IMG/VR virus record: IMGVR_UViG_3300032087_004407
Span: 1-64,000 of that record
Source of the DNA: a virus
Strand: one strand, 5' to 3'
DNA: 64,000 nt
Of this stretch, positions 7,454 through 17,719 are shown piece after piece (the stretch's first letter is position 1; each line of letters starts with the position of its first letter). Made by a program: the position numbers and the translations under genes. The notes under the pieces are model-generated. The model was not told where the DNA came from. It made no database searches and saw only the letters and a program-made list of their open reading frames with translations.

Positions 7454-8121
7454 AATACTTAATTATACTTTTAGTTTTGACGGCTTCTGTGAATGCAGAA
7501 AGCAAATACGACCAAATACACAAAAGAAATGCTTTTGCTTTACTAGACAAAGTACCAAGTAAAGTAGAAGTTCCGCCACTACTTGCGAAACCACCAGTTA
7601 AGCTAAATCTTACTGGAATTATTACGCGCAGAGGTATAACTAATGTTTATTTATTTTCTAAGGACATACCAAAAAGATATTTAACTCTTTCTACAAAGCG
7701 AAGAACTGATAGCGGCGTTACATTATTGAGCGTGGCAAGAGGATTAGTAAAAGTTGATAATAATGGTGTGACTGAAATGTTATCATTCGACACCCATAAA
7801 CTACCATCAATAGTTACTTTACCAGCACTTAAAACAACTCCCACGATTCTAAAAAAGAAAGACGATAAAAGCAAAGAAGTCAAAGTTATGCCACAAGCTC
7901 CCAAAGCAAATGTAGTTACTGTTCCTTCAAGGCGACCAAAAATAGACCCTAGAATAATCCAAAAAGGTTTAGAATATTTAGACAAAGTTGAAGACAAAGA
8001 AAAAAGAGAATATATACTTCAACGACTAGAAAAACTTCAATCTGGTCAACAAAATCTTGACAGAAAGATAGACAGTAATGAACGTCGTAGACAATATAAT
8101 GAAAGAAAGAGAGATAAATAG
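7450..8121 (+). CDS. secreted protein, possibly GspC/PilP-like
   Basis: Signal peptide MKYLIILLVLTASVNA; LNLTGII and GVTLLSV..G.VKV beta-domain pattern. Confidence 0.45.
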   Translation: MKYLIILLVLTASVNAESKYDQIHKRNAFALLDKVPSKVEVPPLLAKPPVKLNLTGIITRRGITNVYLFSKDIPKRYLTLSTKRRTDSGVTLLSVARGLVKVDNNGVTEMLSFDTHKLPSIVTLPALKTTPTILKKKDDKSKEVKVMPQAPKANVVTVPSRRPKIDPRIIQKGLEYLDKVEDKEKREYILQRLEKLQSGQQNLDRKIDSNERRRQYNERKRDK

Positions 8122-8129
8122 AAAAAATA

Positions 8130-9101
8130 ATGTATAAATACAAAGAAGCAGGAGTAGATATAGCCAAAGCGGATAGACTTACTAAAAGTATTTCTGGTTT
8201 AGTTGACAACATCGGCGGATTTGCTGGTTTGTACGATTTATGCGACGAAAATTATTTAGTAGCATCTACCGATGGAGTTGGAACCAAAATACTTTTGGCT
8301 CAAGAATATAATAAACTAGAAGGTATTGGGATTGATTGTGTTGCAATGTGTGTTAATGATATTATATGCACAGGAGCAAAACCACTTTTCTTTTTGGACT
8401 ATTTTTCCTCTGGCGTTATAGATGAGCTTGACTTTTTTGAAGTTGTACGTTCAATCAAGAAGGGTTGTAGTGATTATGACATACCACTAATAGGTGGCGA
8501 AACAGCAGAATTGCCAGCATTAGTTTCTAGTAAAACTTTTGACGTAGCTGGTTTTTGTGTGGGCATCGTTAAAAAGAAAGATCTCATTGATGGTAGCACC
8601 ATTAAAAGTGGAGACCATGTAATAGCTTTTCCAAGCAACGGCTTTCATAGTAATGGCTACACTTTGATAAGAAAGATTGTGCAGATAAGAAGGCAATATT
8701 GTTATTCGGGCGACCCAATGTCCAACCAACAAGATATTAAAAAACATATTGATGATCTACTAAAACCTACTGAAATATATGTGCGCAGACTAAGGCATCT
8801 TTTAAATAAATTTAAAATAAAAGGCGTAGCTCATATAACTGGAGGAGGATACAGCAACTTAAACAGAATACTTCCGCAAGGTTTAGATGTCGAATGGCAA
8901 GATGATATTCCTCGCCCTGCTATATTTGACTTAATTCAACAATGGGGAGAAGTATCAGATGAAGAAATGAAGTCTGTTTTCAACAATGGAGTAGGTATGT
9001 GCATGGTAGTCAGCTCAGACGAAAAGAAAAAGATAGCTTCTGAGATTTCTTTAGATGGACAGATTTACCCGCATATAATCGAAGTTGGCCAAATAAAATA
9101 G
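8130..9101 (+). CDS. purM: phosphoribosylformylglycinamidine cyclo-ligase
   Basis: YKEAGVDI, STDGVGTK, GAKPLFFLDY, GGETAELP, HSNGY and AHITGGG motifs. Confidence 0.96.
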   Translation: MYKYKEAGVDIAKADRLTKSISGLVDNIGGFAGLYDLCDENYLVASTDGVGTKILLAQEYNKLEGIGIDCVAMCVNDIICTGAKPLFFLDYFSSGVIDELDFFEVVRSIKKGCSDYDIPLIGGETAELPALVSSKTFDVAGFCVGIVKKKDLIDGSTIKSGDHVIAFPSNGFHSNGYTLIRKIVQIRRQYCYSGDPMSNQQDIKKHIDDLLKPTEIYVRRLRHLLNKFKIKGVAHITGGGYSNLNRILPQGLDVEWQDDIPRPAIFDLIQQWGEVSDEEMKSVFNNGVGMCMVVSSDEKKKIASEISLDGQIYPHIIEVGQIK

Positions 9102-9111
9102 TTATTATATA

Positions 9112-9474
9112 ATGTACGAATACAAAGCAAAATTAATTAAAGTAGTAGACGGAGACACCGTTGACGCAATGATAGACTGCGGATTCTCTGTTTTTCGCAA
9201 AGAGCGTATCAGACTCAAAGGTATCAATGCTCCAGAAAGTCGCACAAGAGACAAAGAAGAAAAGAAAAAAGGATTAGCCGCAAAAGCCCGACTACAAGAA
9301 CTTATCAAAGACGGTAAAAATGAATTTATTGTTAAAACTTCCCTCGATAAAAAAGGCAAATATGGAAGATTACTTGGAGAATTATATCAAAGTATAGATA
9401 TACTAACTGCAAGTTTTCCCAGTTATAACGAAATATTACTAGAAGAAGGTCACGCAACAGTTTACGGAGAATAA
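9112..9474 (+). CDS. thermonuclease (SNase-like)
   Basis: KVVDGDTVD, RIRL.GINAPE and GKYGRLLG motifs. Confidence 0.9.
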   Translation: MYEYKAKLIKVVDGDTVDAMIDCGFSVFRKERIRLKGINAPESRTRDKEEKKKGLAAKARLQELIKDGKNEFIVKTSLDKKGKYGRLLGELYQSIDILTASFPSYNEILLEEGHATVYGE

Positions 9475-9478
9475 TCAA

Positions 9479-9676
9479 ATGAGTCCAGACACAATATATA
9501 AAAGAATATTTTTATTTTTATTACTTTTAATCATAGCTTTTGGATTGATTGGCTGTCACGGTGTAAAATATGAATGGCTACCAGAGCATAAGCATGAACA
9601 CCAAATAACACCAAAAGACAAATCAACTCAAGATGTGAGCAAGATCGAAGCAAATATACTACAAGTTAAATTCTAA
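9479..9676 (+). CDS. small putative lipoprotein
   Basis: Hydrophobic N-terminus ending LIGC. Confidence 0.5.
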   Translation: MSPDTIYKRIFLFLLLLIIAFGLIGCHGVKYEWLPEHKHEHQITPKDKSTQDVSKIEANILQVKF

Positions 9677-9942
9677 TGTCTAGTAAATTAAACAATTTTT
9701 TATTACAGTTTGGTGCAGATAAATTTATGCACTTTACAGTTGGCGGCTTGGTCATGGCAATTACAAACAGTTGGATTATATTATGTATTATTGGCATAGG
9801 CAAAGAATTATATGATTACAAAAGCTATGGAAAATTTGACAAATTAGACGCTGCTGTAACCATTGCTGGCGGAGGATTCGCTTTACTCGCAAAAATAGTT
9901 TGGGATTTATTAACGTCAAAAATACCATTTACAATTTATTAA
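9676..9942 (+). CDS. small membrane protein
   Basis: DKFMHF...GKELYD...D..D hydrophobic pattern. Confidence 0.55.
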   Translation: MSSKLNNFLLQFGADKFMHFTVGGLVMAITNSWIILCIIGIGKELYDYKSYGKFDKLDAAVTIAGGGFALLAKIVWDLLTSKIPFTIY

Positions 9943-9943
9943 A

Positions 9944-10171
9944 ATGAATATATCTGAATTTGAACGAGACAAACCAAAAGAAACTTTAAAACAAATAAAT
10001 TTGTTAATAGAAATGCAAAAGTGTACTGACAAAAAAATAGGAGGCGGGCCAGCAGGATCAGAAGTAAGGCGTAGTTTTGTAGACCCAAATACAGACAATG
10101 ACGGCTGGGATTGGTATATTTTTAAAGACGAGTTGGAAAAACTTAAACAATTATTTTTAGAAGGCAAATGA
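9944..10171 (+). CDS. hypothetical protein
   Basis: 75-aa ORF in the operon. Confidence 0.5.
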   Translation: MNISEFERDKPKETLKQINLLIEMQKCTDKKIGGGPAGSEVRRSFVDPNTDNDGWDWYIFKDELEKLKQLFLEGK

Positions 10172-10413
10172 TTAAAAAAGTTAGAGTAATGACGAGGCCC
10201 AAGGCAAATACGCTTGACCCTCAAGGCGTTGTTGTAAAAAGTAATTTAGAAAAAATTGGCATCAAACATTTAAAAAAAATTAGTATTGGCAGATATATTG
10301 AAATACAAGTTGATGAAGCAGAAGATGATGAAATAAAAGAAAACATTCAAGCTGCTATCGATAAACTTTTATACAATTCAATAATAGAAGATTATGAGGT
10401 TATTTATGAATAA
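10168..10413 (+). CDS. purS: phosphoribosylformylglycinamidine synthase subunit PurS
   Basis: LDPQG, IGRYIEI and KLLYN.IIEDY motifs; 81 aa. Confidence 0.88.
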   Translation: MIKKVRVMTRPKANTLDPQGVVVKSNLEKIGIKHLKKISIGRYIEIQVDEAEDDEIKENIQAAIDKLLYNSIIEDYEVIYE

Positions 10414-10759
10414 ATCTTATACGTTTGATATAGTATATAGAATTGTATGTTTAATCTTTGGTTGGATACTAACCACAACTTTGCAAGCTAAAGAAGAAAA
10501 CTTTAGTCCAGATGTAGAACTAAAAATAATTGGGCTCGTCTGTCCATCTTGCGCCATAGGAATTAAAAATGGTTTTTTAAAAACTAAATTAATCAAAAAA
10601 CTTAAATTTGATTCTAAAAAACAAACGTGTAGAATAGAATTTATTTTCGCGCCAATTCATCCAGACAAAATGAAAAAAATTGTTAAAGATGCTGGGTATG
10701 AACTAACGTCTGTCAAATATTTAAAAGATAAAAAGCCAAACAGATATAATAAACCTTAA
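10406..10759 (+). CDS. heavy-metal-associated (HMA) domain protein
   Basis: GLVCPSCA motif and VKDAGYE after a signal-like N-terminus. Confidence 0.75.
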   Translation: MNKSYTFDIVYRIVCLIFGWILTTTLQAKEENFSPDVELKIIGLVCPSCAIGIKNGFLKTKLIKKLKFDSKKQTCRIEFIFAPIHPDKMKKIVKDAGYELTSVKYLKDKKPNRYNKP

Positions 10760-10761
10760 AT

Positions 10762-10956
10762 ATGAACGACTTTGAGCCAAATATACAACCCGATATGCTT
10801 GAAGTTTTGAAAAAACAATCACGATCACCTAAAAAATATTATAAGTGCATAAACAAAAAGTGCAACAAAGAACTATCGAACCCCTTCAGATGGGTCAACG
10901 GAGCATCCACCAAACTTGCGTGTCCATATTGCGAACACCCAGTTACACAAATATAA
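10762..10956 (+). CDS. small zinc-ribbon protein
   Basis: CINKKC...CPYC. Confidence 0.5.
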   Translation: MNDFEPNIQPDMLEVLKKQSRSPKKYYKCINKKCNKELSNPFRWVNGASTKLACPYCEHPVTQI

Positions 10957-11103
10957 AAGTGAAAAAACACGAAATTTACTGCATTTTATCTCAATTAATT
11001 TCTCAATTACATTTTTTAGGTTCTCAAATACTAGAAAACGAGCCAAAAGAAGATATCATCATAAAAGAGCTTACGAGCGCAACTGAGAAAATAAAAAAAA
11101 TAA

Positions 11104-11631
11104 ATGAATCTAGTAAATGATATTAGTATTACAGAAGATAATTTTGAACACGTTTCTTGTATAGTTGAAATACCCAAGGGAGCAAATACTAAATATGAGT
11201 ATAATGAAAAGTATAATATATTTGAGCTAGAAAGATGTTTAGTTTCTTCTTTAGCCTACCCTATAAATTATGGATTTATCAGTCAAACATTTGCGCTTGA
11301 CAACGACCCCCTCGACGTTTTAATTTTTAACCACGACCCTATTGATACTGGCACGTTGGTAAAATGCAGAGTGTTAGGAGTTTTAGACTTTGAAGATAAT
11401 AAAGAAATAGATTATAAAATTATTGCTGTACCACATTGGTCACCGAAAGACAAATATAATACATTAAAAGCCATAGAAAGTTGTCATTTAAAAATTTATA
11501 AATCCTTCTTCAGAATATACAAAGTTGATCGCGCAAGTACGGTCAAAGTTGGCGAATGGAAGAATGGAAAAAGTGCAAACAAAATAGTAAAAGCGGCACA
11601 TGAGAGATGGAAAACAAAACAAAACTCGTAA
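11104..11631 (+). CDS. ppa: inorganic pyrophosphatase
   Basis: VEIPKG..KYE, YPINYGFI, DNDPLDVL and DYKIIAV motifs. Confidence 0.93.
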   Translation: MNLVNDISITEDNFEHVSCIVEIPKGANTKYEYNEKYNIFELERCLVSSLAYPINYGFISQTFALDNDPLDVLIFNHDPIDTGTLVKCRVLGVLDFEDNKEIDYKIIAVPHWSPKDKYNTLKAIESCHLKIYKSFFRIYKVDRASTVKVGEWKNGKSANKIVKAAHERWKTKQNS

Positions 11632-12328
11632 TTACCTAAAGATACACGGTTTTGATAACGAGTTTCGATCTTACGACATACAAGAAATACATTCAAGGAC
11701 AAGCAAAGTGGGACAACAAATTAGGATTGTCAAGTTGTCAAATAATGTAGGAAAATGTTTAGAGTTAAACGACGATTTAATGGCATTACAATGTAATGCA
11801 GATTTTCTTCACGATCAAATGGTTCATCTTGCAACTTCAAATTTGAACGCAAAAAGGCCAAATATAGCAATTTTAGGAGGTGGAGACGGAGGATTATTAA
11901 AATCTTGTTTAAAAATAAATCCTCGTTCAATAAAATTACTAGAATTAGATCAAGAAGTAATTACAGTTTCTAAAAAATATTTATCACATTTATCCAAAGG
12001 ATCATTTAAAGACGAAAGAGTAAAAATTATTATTGGTGATGCGTTTGAAAATATAAAAAAGTTAAGAAAAAATTCTCAACATATAATTTTTATAGATTTA
12101 GTTGACTCAGCAGTAGAAGAAGAAAGCCAAGTGTTTGGCAGCAGATCAAAACAATTATTCAATCAAATAAACCGATGCTTAAAAGATGATGGAGTTATAG
12201 TTTGCCAAGCAAGTCCATATCAAAAAGAAGTTTTAAATACTTTTAAAAAATACTTTAAAAAAAGCTATGGCTGGACAGATAATTTTGATTTAGACTCTGC
12301 AAATTCTTTTGTGTATGCAATCAAGTGA
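11600..12328 (+). CDS. speE: spermidine synthase-like SAM-fold protein
   Basis: ILGGGDGG, ELDQEVI, IIGDA and LKDDGVIVCQ motifs. Confidence 0.75.
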   Translation: MRDGKQNKTRNYLKIHGFDNEFRSYDIQEIHSRTSKVGQQIRIVKLSNNVGKCLELNDDLMALQCNADFLHDQMVHLATSNLNAKRPNIAILGGGDGGLLKSCLKINPRSIKLLELDQEVITVSKKYLSHLSKGSFKDERVKIIIGDAFENIKKLRKNSQHIIFIDLVDSAVEEESQVFGSRSKQLFNQINRCLKDDGVIVCQASPYQKEVLNTFKKYFKKSYGWTDNFDLDSANSFVYAIK

Positions 12329-12848
12329 AGAAAGAGTATTTATTAGTTTAGATTTGGAAAGTCCAAATTTGAACACAAAGTTGCCAAATAATACGTCATG
12401 GTTAAACCTTCAAGAAATAAAAAATAATTTTATAGAAAGAAATTTAAATAAACTAATTTTATCATTCAATAATCAAATACCTTGGAACGAGAAATTAAAT
12501 ATAGAAAATATTTATAAATTTTTAAATCATGGCAATGATATTAATATTTTAATTCAAGATTATAGTTTTATAGGTTGGGCTTGGCAAACAAAATCTGGCA
12601 TTATACAAGACTACGATTTAAGTGTCAAGCTAAAACCGCATCAGATATACCAATCCAAGTGGCTAGTTGATAAAAAATTTCTATACAATAGACAAAACAA
12701 AAATCTATCATTTGCATGGATTCAAAATTTAAAAAAATTTTACAAAAAACAAGGCTTTACAGAGGGAGTTGCATACATAGATTCGTGGAATAAAGGTGTA
12801 CTAAAATCTTGTTTGAGATCGGGTTACAAAATTAAAAATTGGACTTGA
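12309..12848 (+). CDS. hypothetical protein, possibly GNAT-like
   Basis: IGWAW and YIDSWN..LKS.LRSGY weakly resemble the GNAT fold. Confidence 0.4.
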   Translation: MCMQSSEERVFISLDLESPNLNTKLPNNTSWLNLQEIKNNFIERNLNKLILSFNNQIPWNEKLNIENIYKFLNHGNDINILIQDYSFIGWAWQTKSGIIQDYDLSVKLKPHQIYQSKWLVDKKFLYNRQNKNLSFAWIQNLKKFYKKQGFTEGVAYIDSWNKGVLKSCLRSGYKIKNWT

Positions 12849-12899
12849 CTTTTTATTATATTACTATATAATACCAAAAGAACTTATTTTTTAACTAAA

Positions 12900-13160
12900 A
12901 TGACATTAGAAGAATCAAAGCAGTTGGAGGTCAAGATCGCTAATAATATCTTGAATAACGTGCCTTTCGCGCAAGTAGTACAAATTCTATCTGGTGAAGC
13001 TACACGCCGAGCCAAAGAAGTTGTAGATAATGCAAGTGCAGAAGAACTAACCAAGATGAAGGAAGATTTTGAAAAGGCCGAAGCAGAAGCGCAAGCCGCA
13101 CAAAATCAACAGCAAGACAAGATTGACTTGCCAGACGAAACAGCAGAAAAGAAAGATTAA
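12900..13160 (+). CDS. hypothetical helical protein
   Basis: 86-aa ORF after a TTGACT..TATAAT promoter. Confidence 0.6.
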   Translation: MTLEESKQLEVKIANNILNNVPFAQVVQILSGEATRRAKEVVDNASAEELTKMKEDFEKAEAEAQAAQNQQQDKIDLPDETAEKKD

Positions 13161-13203
13161 TTTTTTTCTTGCCAAACACAACAATGTATAGTAATATACT
13201 TGC

Positions 13204-14373
13204 GTGAGCGTTACTTATGGTCTAGTCTGTATCAGCGAAGTTCTCAAAGACTTCGACAAGAGCATTGCCTTCAAAGCAATGACTCGCAAGCGTTTCAACG
13301 ATCTATCCGCAAAAGAAGGTCGAGAGTTCGCAATGAACGAGTTGAGCGAGCGAGTGCTACACAATGCCAAGACTACACTTCAAATCGTAAAGCATTGCTC
13401 GTCTAATAAAATAAATCATTATAGGGTCAGTAGCAAGTTATTTCCCCTTGTTACTGACCCTACCCTCAAAATCAATGTTGACGATCTTAAAGACATTGAA
13501 TCAATCAAATCAACTTTAGCAGATGTAGGTCAAGCCGCAAAAGACCTAGACGTTAGCTTGTCAATACATCCTGACCAATTCAACGTATTGGCAAGTGAAA
13601 AACCAGAAGTTGTAAACAAAACAGTTACAGAACTAAATTTTCATGCTTGGGTATTGGACACTATGAAAATGCCACAAGATTATACTTGTCCCATGAACAT
13701 ACATCCAAGCACAAGCACCAAAGAACCAACCGACGAAAACCTCAAAAAAATTGTTGACAGATTTTGGGCTGGATTCCAAAAGACAAATGATGGAGTCAAA
13801 AAGCGTCTTGTTGTAGAAAACGAGGACAAAGGTTGCTGGAATTGTATGAACTTATTTAAATACTTTCATATTTATACTAGAGAAACATACAATCATCCAT
13901 TTCCATTGACATACGACAATCTTCACAACAAGTGCAATCCTAGTGAGATAAATGGACAAAAAATTGATGATATTCAAAACGTGCAAGCATTTTATCACAC
14001 ATGGAACACAACGCCAGTTTTCCATTGGTCGATTGGCAAGTCAGATGCTCCAAGCGAAAAGCGTAGCCATGCAGATTATTTAGATGGAGATATTCCAGAA
14101 TTTAATAATGTAGATGGCATACCTTTTGCAATCAAGTGGGAGTGCGAAGTTAAAGCAAAAGACAAAGCAATATTTAAAATACTTGGGCATGAACCAAGCA
14201 TTGATGCAACGTGGAAGGTAACTCCAGTTGCAAAGAAAAAAACAGTCAACAAAGTGCAGACAAAGGTTGAGCCAGAACCTCAATCAGTTGTTGAAACTAA
14301 AGTACAAGAAAAAATTGAACCAGTTAAAAAGAATAAAACAAATCCTAGTTTTAATCAAATTTATGGTCGATAA
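13204..14373 (+). CDS. uvsE: UV damage endonuclease UvsE/UvdE
   Basis: YRVSSKLFP, SIHPDQFNVLAS, RLVVENED, YDNLH, HADY and ECEVKAKDKA motifs. Confidence 0.9.
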   Translation: MSVTYGLVCISEVLKDFDKSIAFKAMTRKRFNDLSAKEGREFAMNELSERVLHNAKTTLQIVKHCSSNKINHYRVSSKLFPLVTDPTLKINVDDLKDIESIKSTLADVGQAAKDLDVSLSIHPDQFNVLASEKPEVVNKTVTELNFHAWVLDTMKMPQDYTCPMNIHPSTSTKEPTDENLKKIVDRFWAGFQKTNDGVKKRLVVENEDKGCWNCMNLFKYFHIYTRETYNHPFPLTYDNLHNKCNPSEINGQKIDDIQNVQAFYHTWNTTPVFHWSIGKSDAPSEKRSHADYLDGDIPEFNNVDGIPFAIKWECEVKAKDKAIFKILGHEPSIDATWKVTPVAKKKTVNKVQTKVEPEPQSVVETKVQEKIEPVKKNKTNPSFNQIYGR

Positions 14374-14381
14374 TTTTATTG

Positions 14382-14418
14382 TTGACATTCACTTTCGGAT
14401 ATGTAATAATACTCTCTG
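14382..14418 (+). promoter_or_regulatory. leaderless sigma70 promoter of the ligase gene
   Basis: TTGACA at 14382, TAATAAT -10 box, ATG at 14419. Confidence 0.7.
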
Positions 14419-15660
14419 ATGCGTACAGAACTACCTACACTATACAAAAAAGACACTACTGGCAAAATTCGCCAATGGACTATCATTGCCGAGGACAACA
14501 AGTTTTGGACAGAGCAAGGAACAGTTGGAGGAAAAATTGTTATCAATAAACCAACTGTTACTTCGCCAAAGAATGTTGGCAAGGCAAACGAAACAAGTGC
14601 AGAACAACAAGCACTCGCGGAAGCAAAAGCAAAGTGGACAATAAAACAGTCTGGTGAATATTTTGATTCATTAAAGTCAGCACAAACCAAAAAGACTTTT
14701 TATAAACCTATGCTTGCAGATAAGTTTGATGACAGAGAAAACAATTTAGAATACCCTGTCATTACTCAACCCAAGCTAGACGGTATTCGTTGTATTGTTT
14801 ATAAAACAGAAGATGGTATCGAGGCATTCACAAGAAATGGTAAAAAAATTGATGCAATACCGCACATTATAAAATCTCTTGAAGCATTCTTCAAAGATAA
14901 TCCTTATGCTATTCTTGACGGTGAATTATATAATCACAAATTGAGAGATAATTTTAATAAAATTACAAGTTTGGTTCGCAAACAAAAACCAGTTCGCACC
15001 AAAGATGATACTGATACTTCATTTGTTAAAAAAGTTGATGCGTTTAATGAGCGATGCAAAGAAGCAGAAAGTATAATTGAATATTGGATTTATGACGCAC
15101 CAGTAATTGCATCAATAAGTGGAACAACTAAACTTGTCAAAGATGTAGTAACAGTTGATGATAATGTAATCTTTAGAGAAAACGATTCTTTTGTAGAAAG
15201 ATTCAACGAAATTATAATGTGGTTTTATGGAAAATACGATTGCATTCATCCCGTGCCTACATTTGAAGCAGAAGATAAAGAGCATCTTGACGATTATTAT
15301 GGCAAGTATTTGGATGATGGTTTTGAAGGTCAAATGGTAAGGGTTACAGATTCTCCATATCAAAATAAACGCTCAAAGAATTTATTAAAACGCAAAGAGT
15401 TTATTGACGAAGAATTTGAAGTGATTGACATTGAAGAAGGTTCTGGCAACAGAACAGGTACAGTTAAACATCTTGTTTGTAAAAACAAAGACGGCAAGAC
15501 TTTTAACTCAAACGTCAAAGGTAACTTTGAATACTTGGAAGAAATATTAAAAAATAAAAAAGATTATATTGGCAAGTTAGCTACAATAAAATTCTTTCAA
15601 TATACTCCCGATGGAGTACCAAGATTTCCATACGCAATAGGGTTTAGAGATTATGAGTAA
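14419..15660 (+). CDS. ATP-dependent DNA ligase
   Basis: KPMLA, PKLDGIRC (KxDG), LDGELY, EGQMVR, LLKRK and PRFP motifs. Confidence 0.93.
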   Translation: MRTELPTLYKKDTTGKIRQWTIIAEDNKFWTEQGTVGGKIVINKPTVTSPKNVGKANETSAEQQALAEAKAKWTIKQSGEYFDSLKSAQTKKTFYKPMLADKFDDRENNLEYPVITQPKLDGIRCIVYKTEDGIEAFTRNGKKIDAIPHIIKSLEAFFKDNPYAILDGELYNHKLRDNFNKITSLVRKQKPVRTKDDTDTSFVKKVDAFNERCKEAESIIEYWIYDAPVIASISGTTKLVKDVVTVDDNVIFRENDSFVERFNEIIMWFYGKYDCIHPVPTFEAEDKEHLDDYYGKYLDDGFEGQMVRVTDSPYQNKRSKNLLKRKEFIDEEFEVIDIEEGSGNRTGTVKHLVCKNKDGKTFNSNVKGNFEYLEEILKNKKDYIGKLATIKFFQYTPDGVPRFPYAIGFRDYE

Positions 15661-15819
15661 AAAAAGAAAACATAAAGAACTTGACATTCAAGAATTAAGA
15701 AAGTATATTAGAAACAACCTCGACACTATGAGCGACCAAACAATTACACGTTTATACGAAGCCGCGACAGGCGAGTTAGTAGCAAGTAAAATCTCAAACA
15801 ACAAACTACGAATTATTAC

Positions 15820-16077
15820 ATGATAGAAAATTTAGAAATAAAACATGGACAGATAATCCCGTTCGTAAATTTAGTAAATGAAATATGTGAAATGGGCATT
15901 ATTCCAGAACAAGATGTAATAGAACATTGGTTACAACAACCTAGACAATTTTTAGATAATAAAAGTCCACAAGATTTAGTAAACGAAGATAACATGGACA
16001 AAGTTTGGGACTTGTTAAGATTTATAGAAACTGGAGAAGCGGATATTTGGGAAAATGAAACAAGCACCACAAACTGA
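15820..16077 (+). CDS. Xre/MbcA/ParS antitoxin C-terminal-like domain protein
   Basis: WLQQPRQFLDNKSPQDLV...V.DLLRFI pattern. Confidence 0.55.
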   Translation: MIENLEIKHGQIIPFVNLVNEICEMGIIPEQDVIEHWLQQPRQFLDNKSPQDLVNEDNMDKVWDLLRFIETGEADIWENETSTTN

Positions 16078-16273
16078 ATTTGAAAAACTTACTTGGAAAG
16101 AAATTTGTATGCGATTACTACATTGCGTAGGCAGCGAAGGTGACGATTGGTTTCATAAACATTGGCACGATTATAATATTGACAAACATCATGCAGACAT
16201 TATCTTGAATCAATATGAAGAATGGACAAAGCAAAACAACATAACGGTAAAAAAGATGGATTACAGCAAATGA
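16055..16273 (+). CDS. hypothetical protein
   Basis: 72-aa ORF in the operon. Confidence 0.5.
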   Translation: MKQAPQTEFEKLTWKEICMRLLHCVGSEGDDWFHKHWHDYNIDKHHADIILNQYEEWTKQNNITVKKMDYSK

Positions 16274-16477
16274 AAAAATTAAGTTTACCATCAACCGTAG
16301 ATCAAGTAAATAGTTTACGAACTACCGCATTATTCAATACAACGCTTTTATTGATTATATTATCTTTTTTAGTCAGTATTGCTTTTGACAAACAATCGGA
16401 AAAGGTAATCGACCCTCAAGTAGAAGAACAATTAAAAGAAATTTTAGACTTTATTAGAAATCCGAATATTACTATAA

Positions 16478-17011
16478 ATGAATAGTGACCTAATTACACA
16501 AAGAAATAAATACGACAAGACTGGTGAATGTATTCAGTCAGGACTTGGAGCAGAGCAAATTTTTGACCAGATAGCTGAATCAAAAAATCTTTCAATTAAA
16601 AATGCCAAGCGTAGAGAAAATATGCACAAGCATATCGACAAGCACGTTACGCGAGAAGATGGTTCAACATGGTCTGTTGACATTAAAGCGCGAAAAAAGA
16701 CTAGCAGAAGCGATTCTAGCGCACAAGACGATTGGATTTGGATTGAATTCCAAAACGTAAAAGGTAATAATGGTTGGCTTTATGGTGAAGCAGACAATAT
16801 TGCTTTTGAAACCCAAGACGGCTTTGTAATAGTTGACCGAAATTCTTTGGTTGATTATGTTGAAAATGCAGTTGACATGGGTAAACCAGTACGCAAATCT
16901 TTTTTGGCAAAGTATAAAACGTATCGTCGAGCAGGACGCAACGACCTACTCACAATGGTAGAGTTATCAAAAATCGTAGAAAATTGTAATCATTTCGTAT
17001 GGGAAAAGTAA
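16478..17011 (+). CDS. PD-(D/E)xK-type nuclease
   Basis: HID...VDIKA, WIEFQN..G..GWLYG.AD motifs. Confidence 0.7.
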   Translation: MNSDLITQRNKYDKTGECIQSGLGAEQIFDQIAESKNLSIKNAKRRENMHKHIDKHVTREDGSTWSVDIKARKKTSRSDSSAQDDWIWIEFQNVKGNNGWLYGEADNIAFETQDGFVIVDRNSLVDYVENAVDMGKPVRKSFLAKYKTYRRAGRNDLLTMVELSKIVENCNHFVWEK

Positions 17012-17358
17012 ATTTAGATAATCGCGTACAACATTTAATAGATTTAAGCGCAAAGCATATTTTTAAAAATTTAAATAAACCTTTACATAAATCTTGGTTG
17101 GCATCATTTAGCGTAAGAAGTCACGATAGAGTTGATAAATGCAAAATACAATTCAAGAATGGATTACCAGAGTTTGTTTACAGTCCTAGTTGGATGAAAA
17201 AATTAATCAATTCAGAAGGCACATTCAATGGTGCAGATGCAATAGATCATATTTGTAAAATTATAACAGATCAAAATGGCAAGCTAAAAAGCAAACGAGG
17301 AAGAAAAAGAAAAGTGCCACTAAAAATTAGTTATCATCCTCCAAGCATCAATGTTTAA
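16999..17358 (+). CDS. hypothetical protein
   Basis: 119-aa ORF in the operon. Confidence 0.5.
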   Translation: MGKVNLDNRVQHLIDLSAKHIFKNLNKPLHKSWLASFSVRSHDRVDKCKIQFKNGLPEFVYSPSWMKKLINSEGTFNGADAIDHICKIITDQNGKLKSKRGRKRKVPLKISYHPPSINV

Positions 17359-17416
17359 AAAAGTTTTAAAAAATACTTGACTTGACCAGCAGGATAATAT
17401 ATAATACATCCCTCTT

Positions 17417-17680
17417 ATGAAAAAGCAGACCTTAAACAAAGATGGAACACCGCGCAAAACTGGTAGTGGTCGCACCAAAGGTGCAGCATCTACAATATTA
17501 GTTAAGTTATCAGATGTAAACAAAATTTGTAAAGAAGATGCGTACATTCCAGTTGCAACAAAGTGGGCAAGAACAAACAATCTTGACCAAGTTAAAATGA
17601 CAGCAAAAGTTGTTGAATTAAAGCCAGAAGTAGAAGAATCTACAAAGGTAGAATATTCTTTGACAAATTTCGACGATTAA
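17417..17680 (+). CDS. small basic protein
   Basis: Has its own promoter; GSGRTKG basic motif. Confidence 0.6.
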   Translation: MKKQTLNKDGTPRKTGSGRTKGAASTILVKLSDVNKICKEDAYIPVATKWARTNNLDQVKMTAKVVELKPEVEESTKVEYSLTNFDD

Positions 17681-17719
17681 TACTTGACAACCAAAGCAAC
17701 CTCTGGTATAATATCTCCC

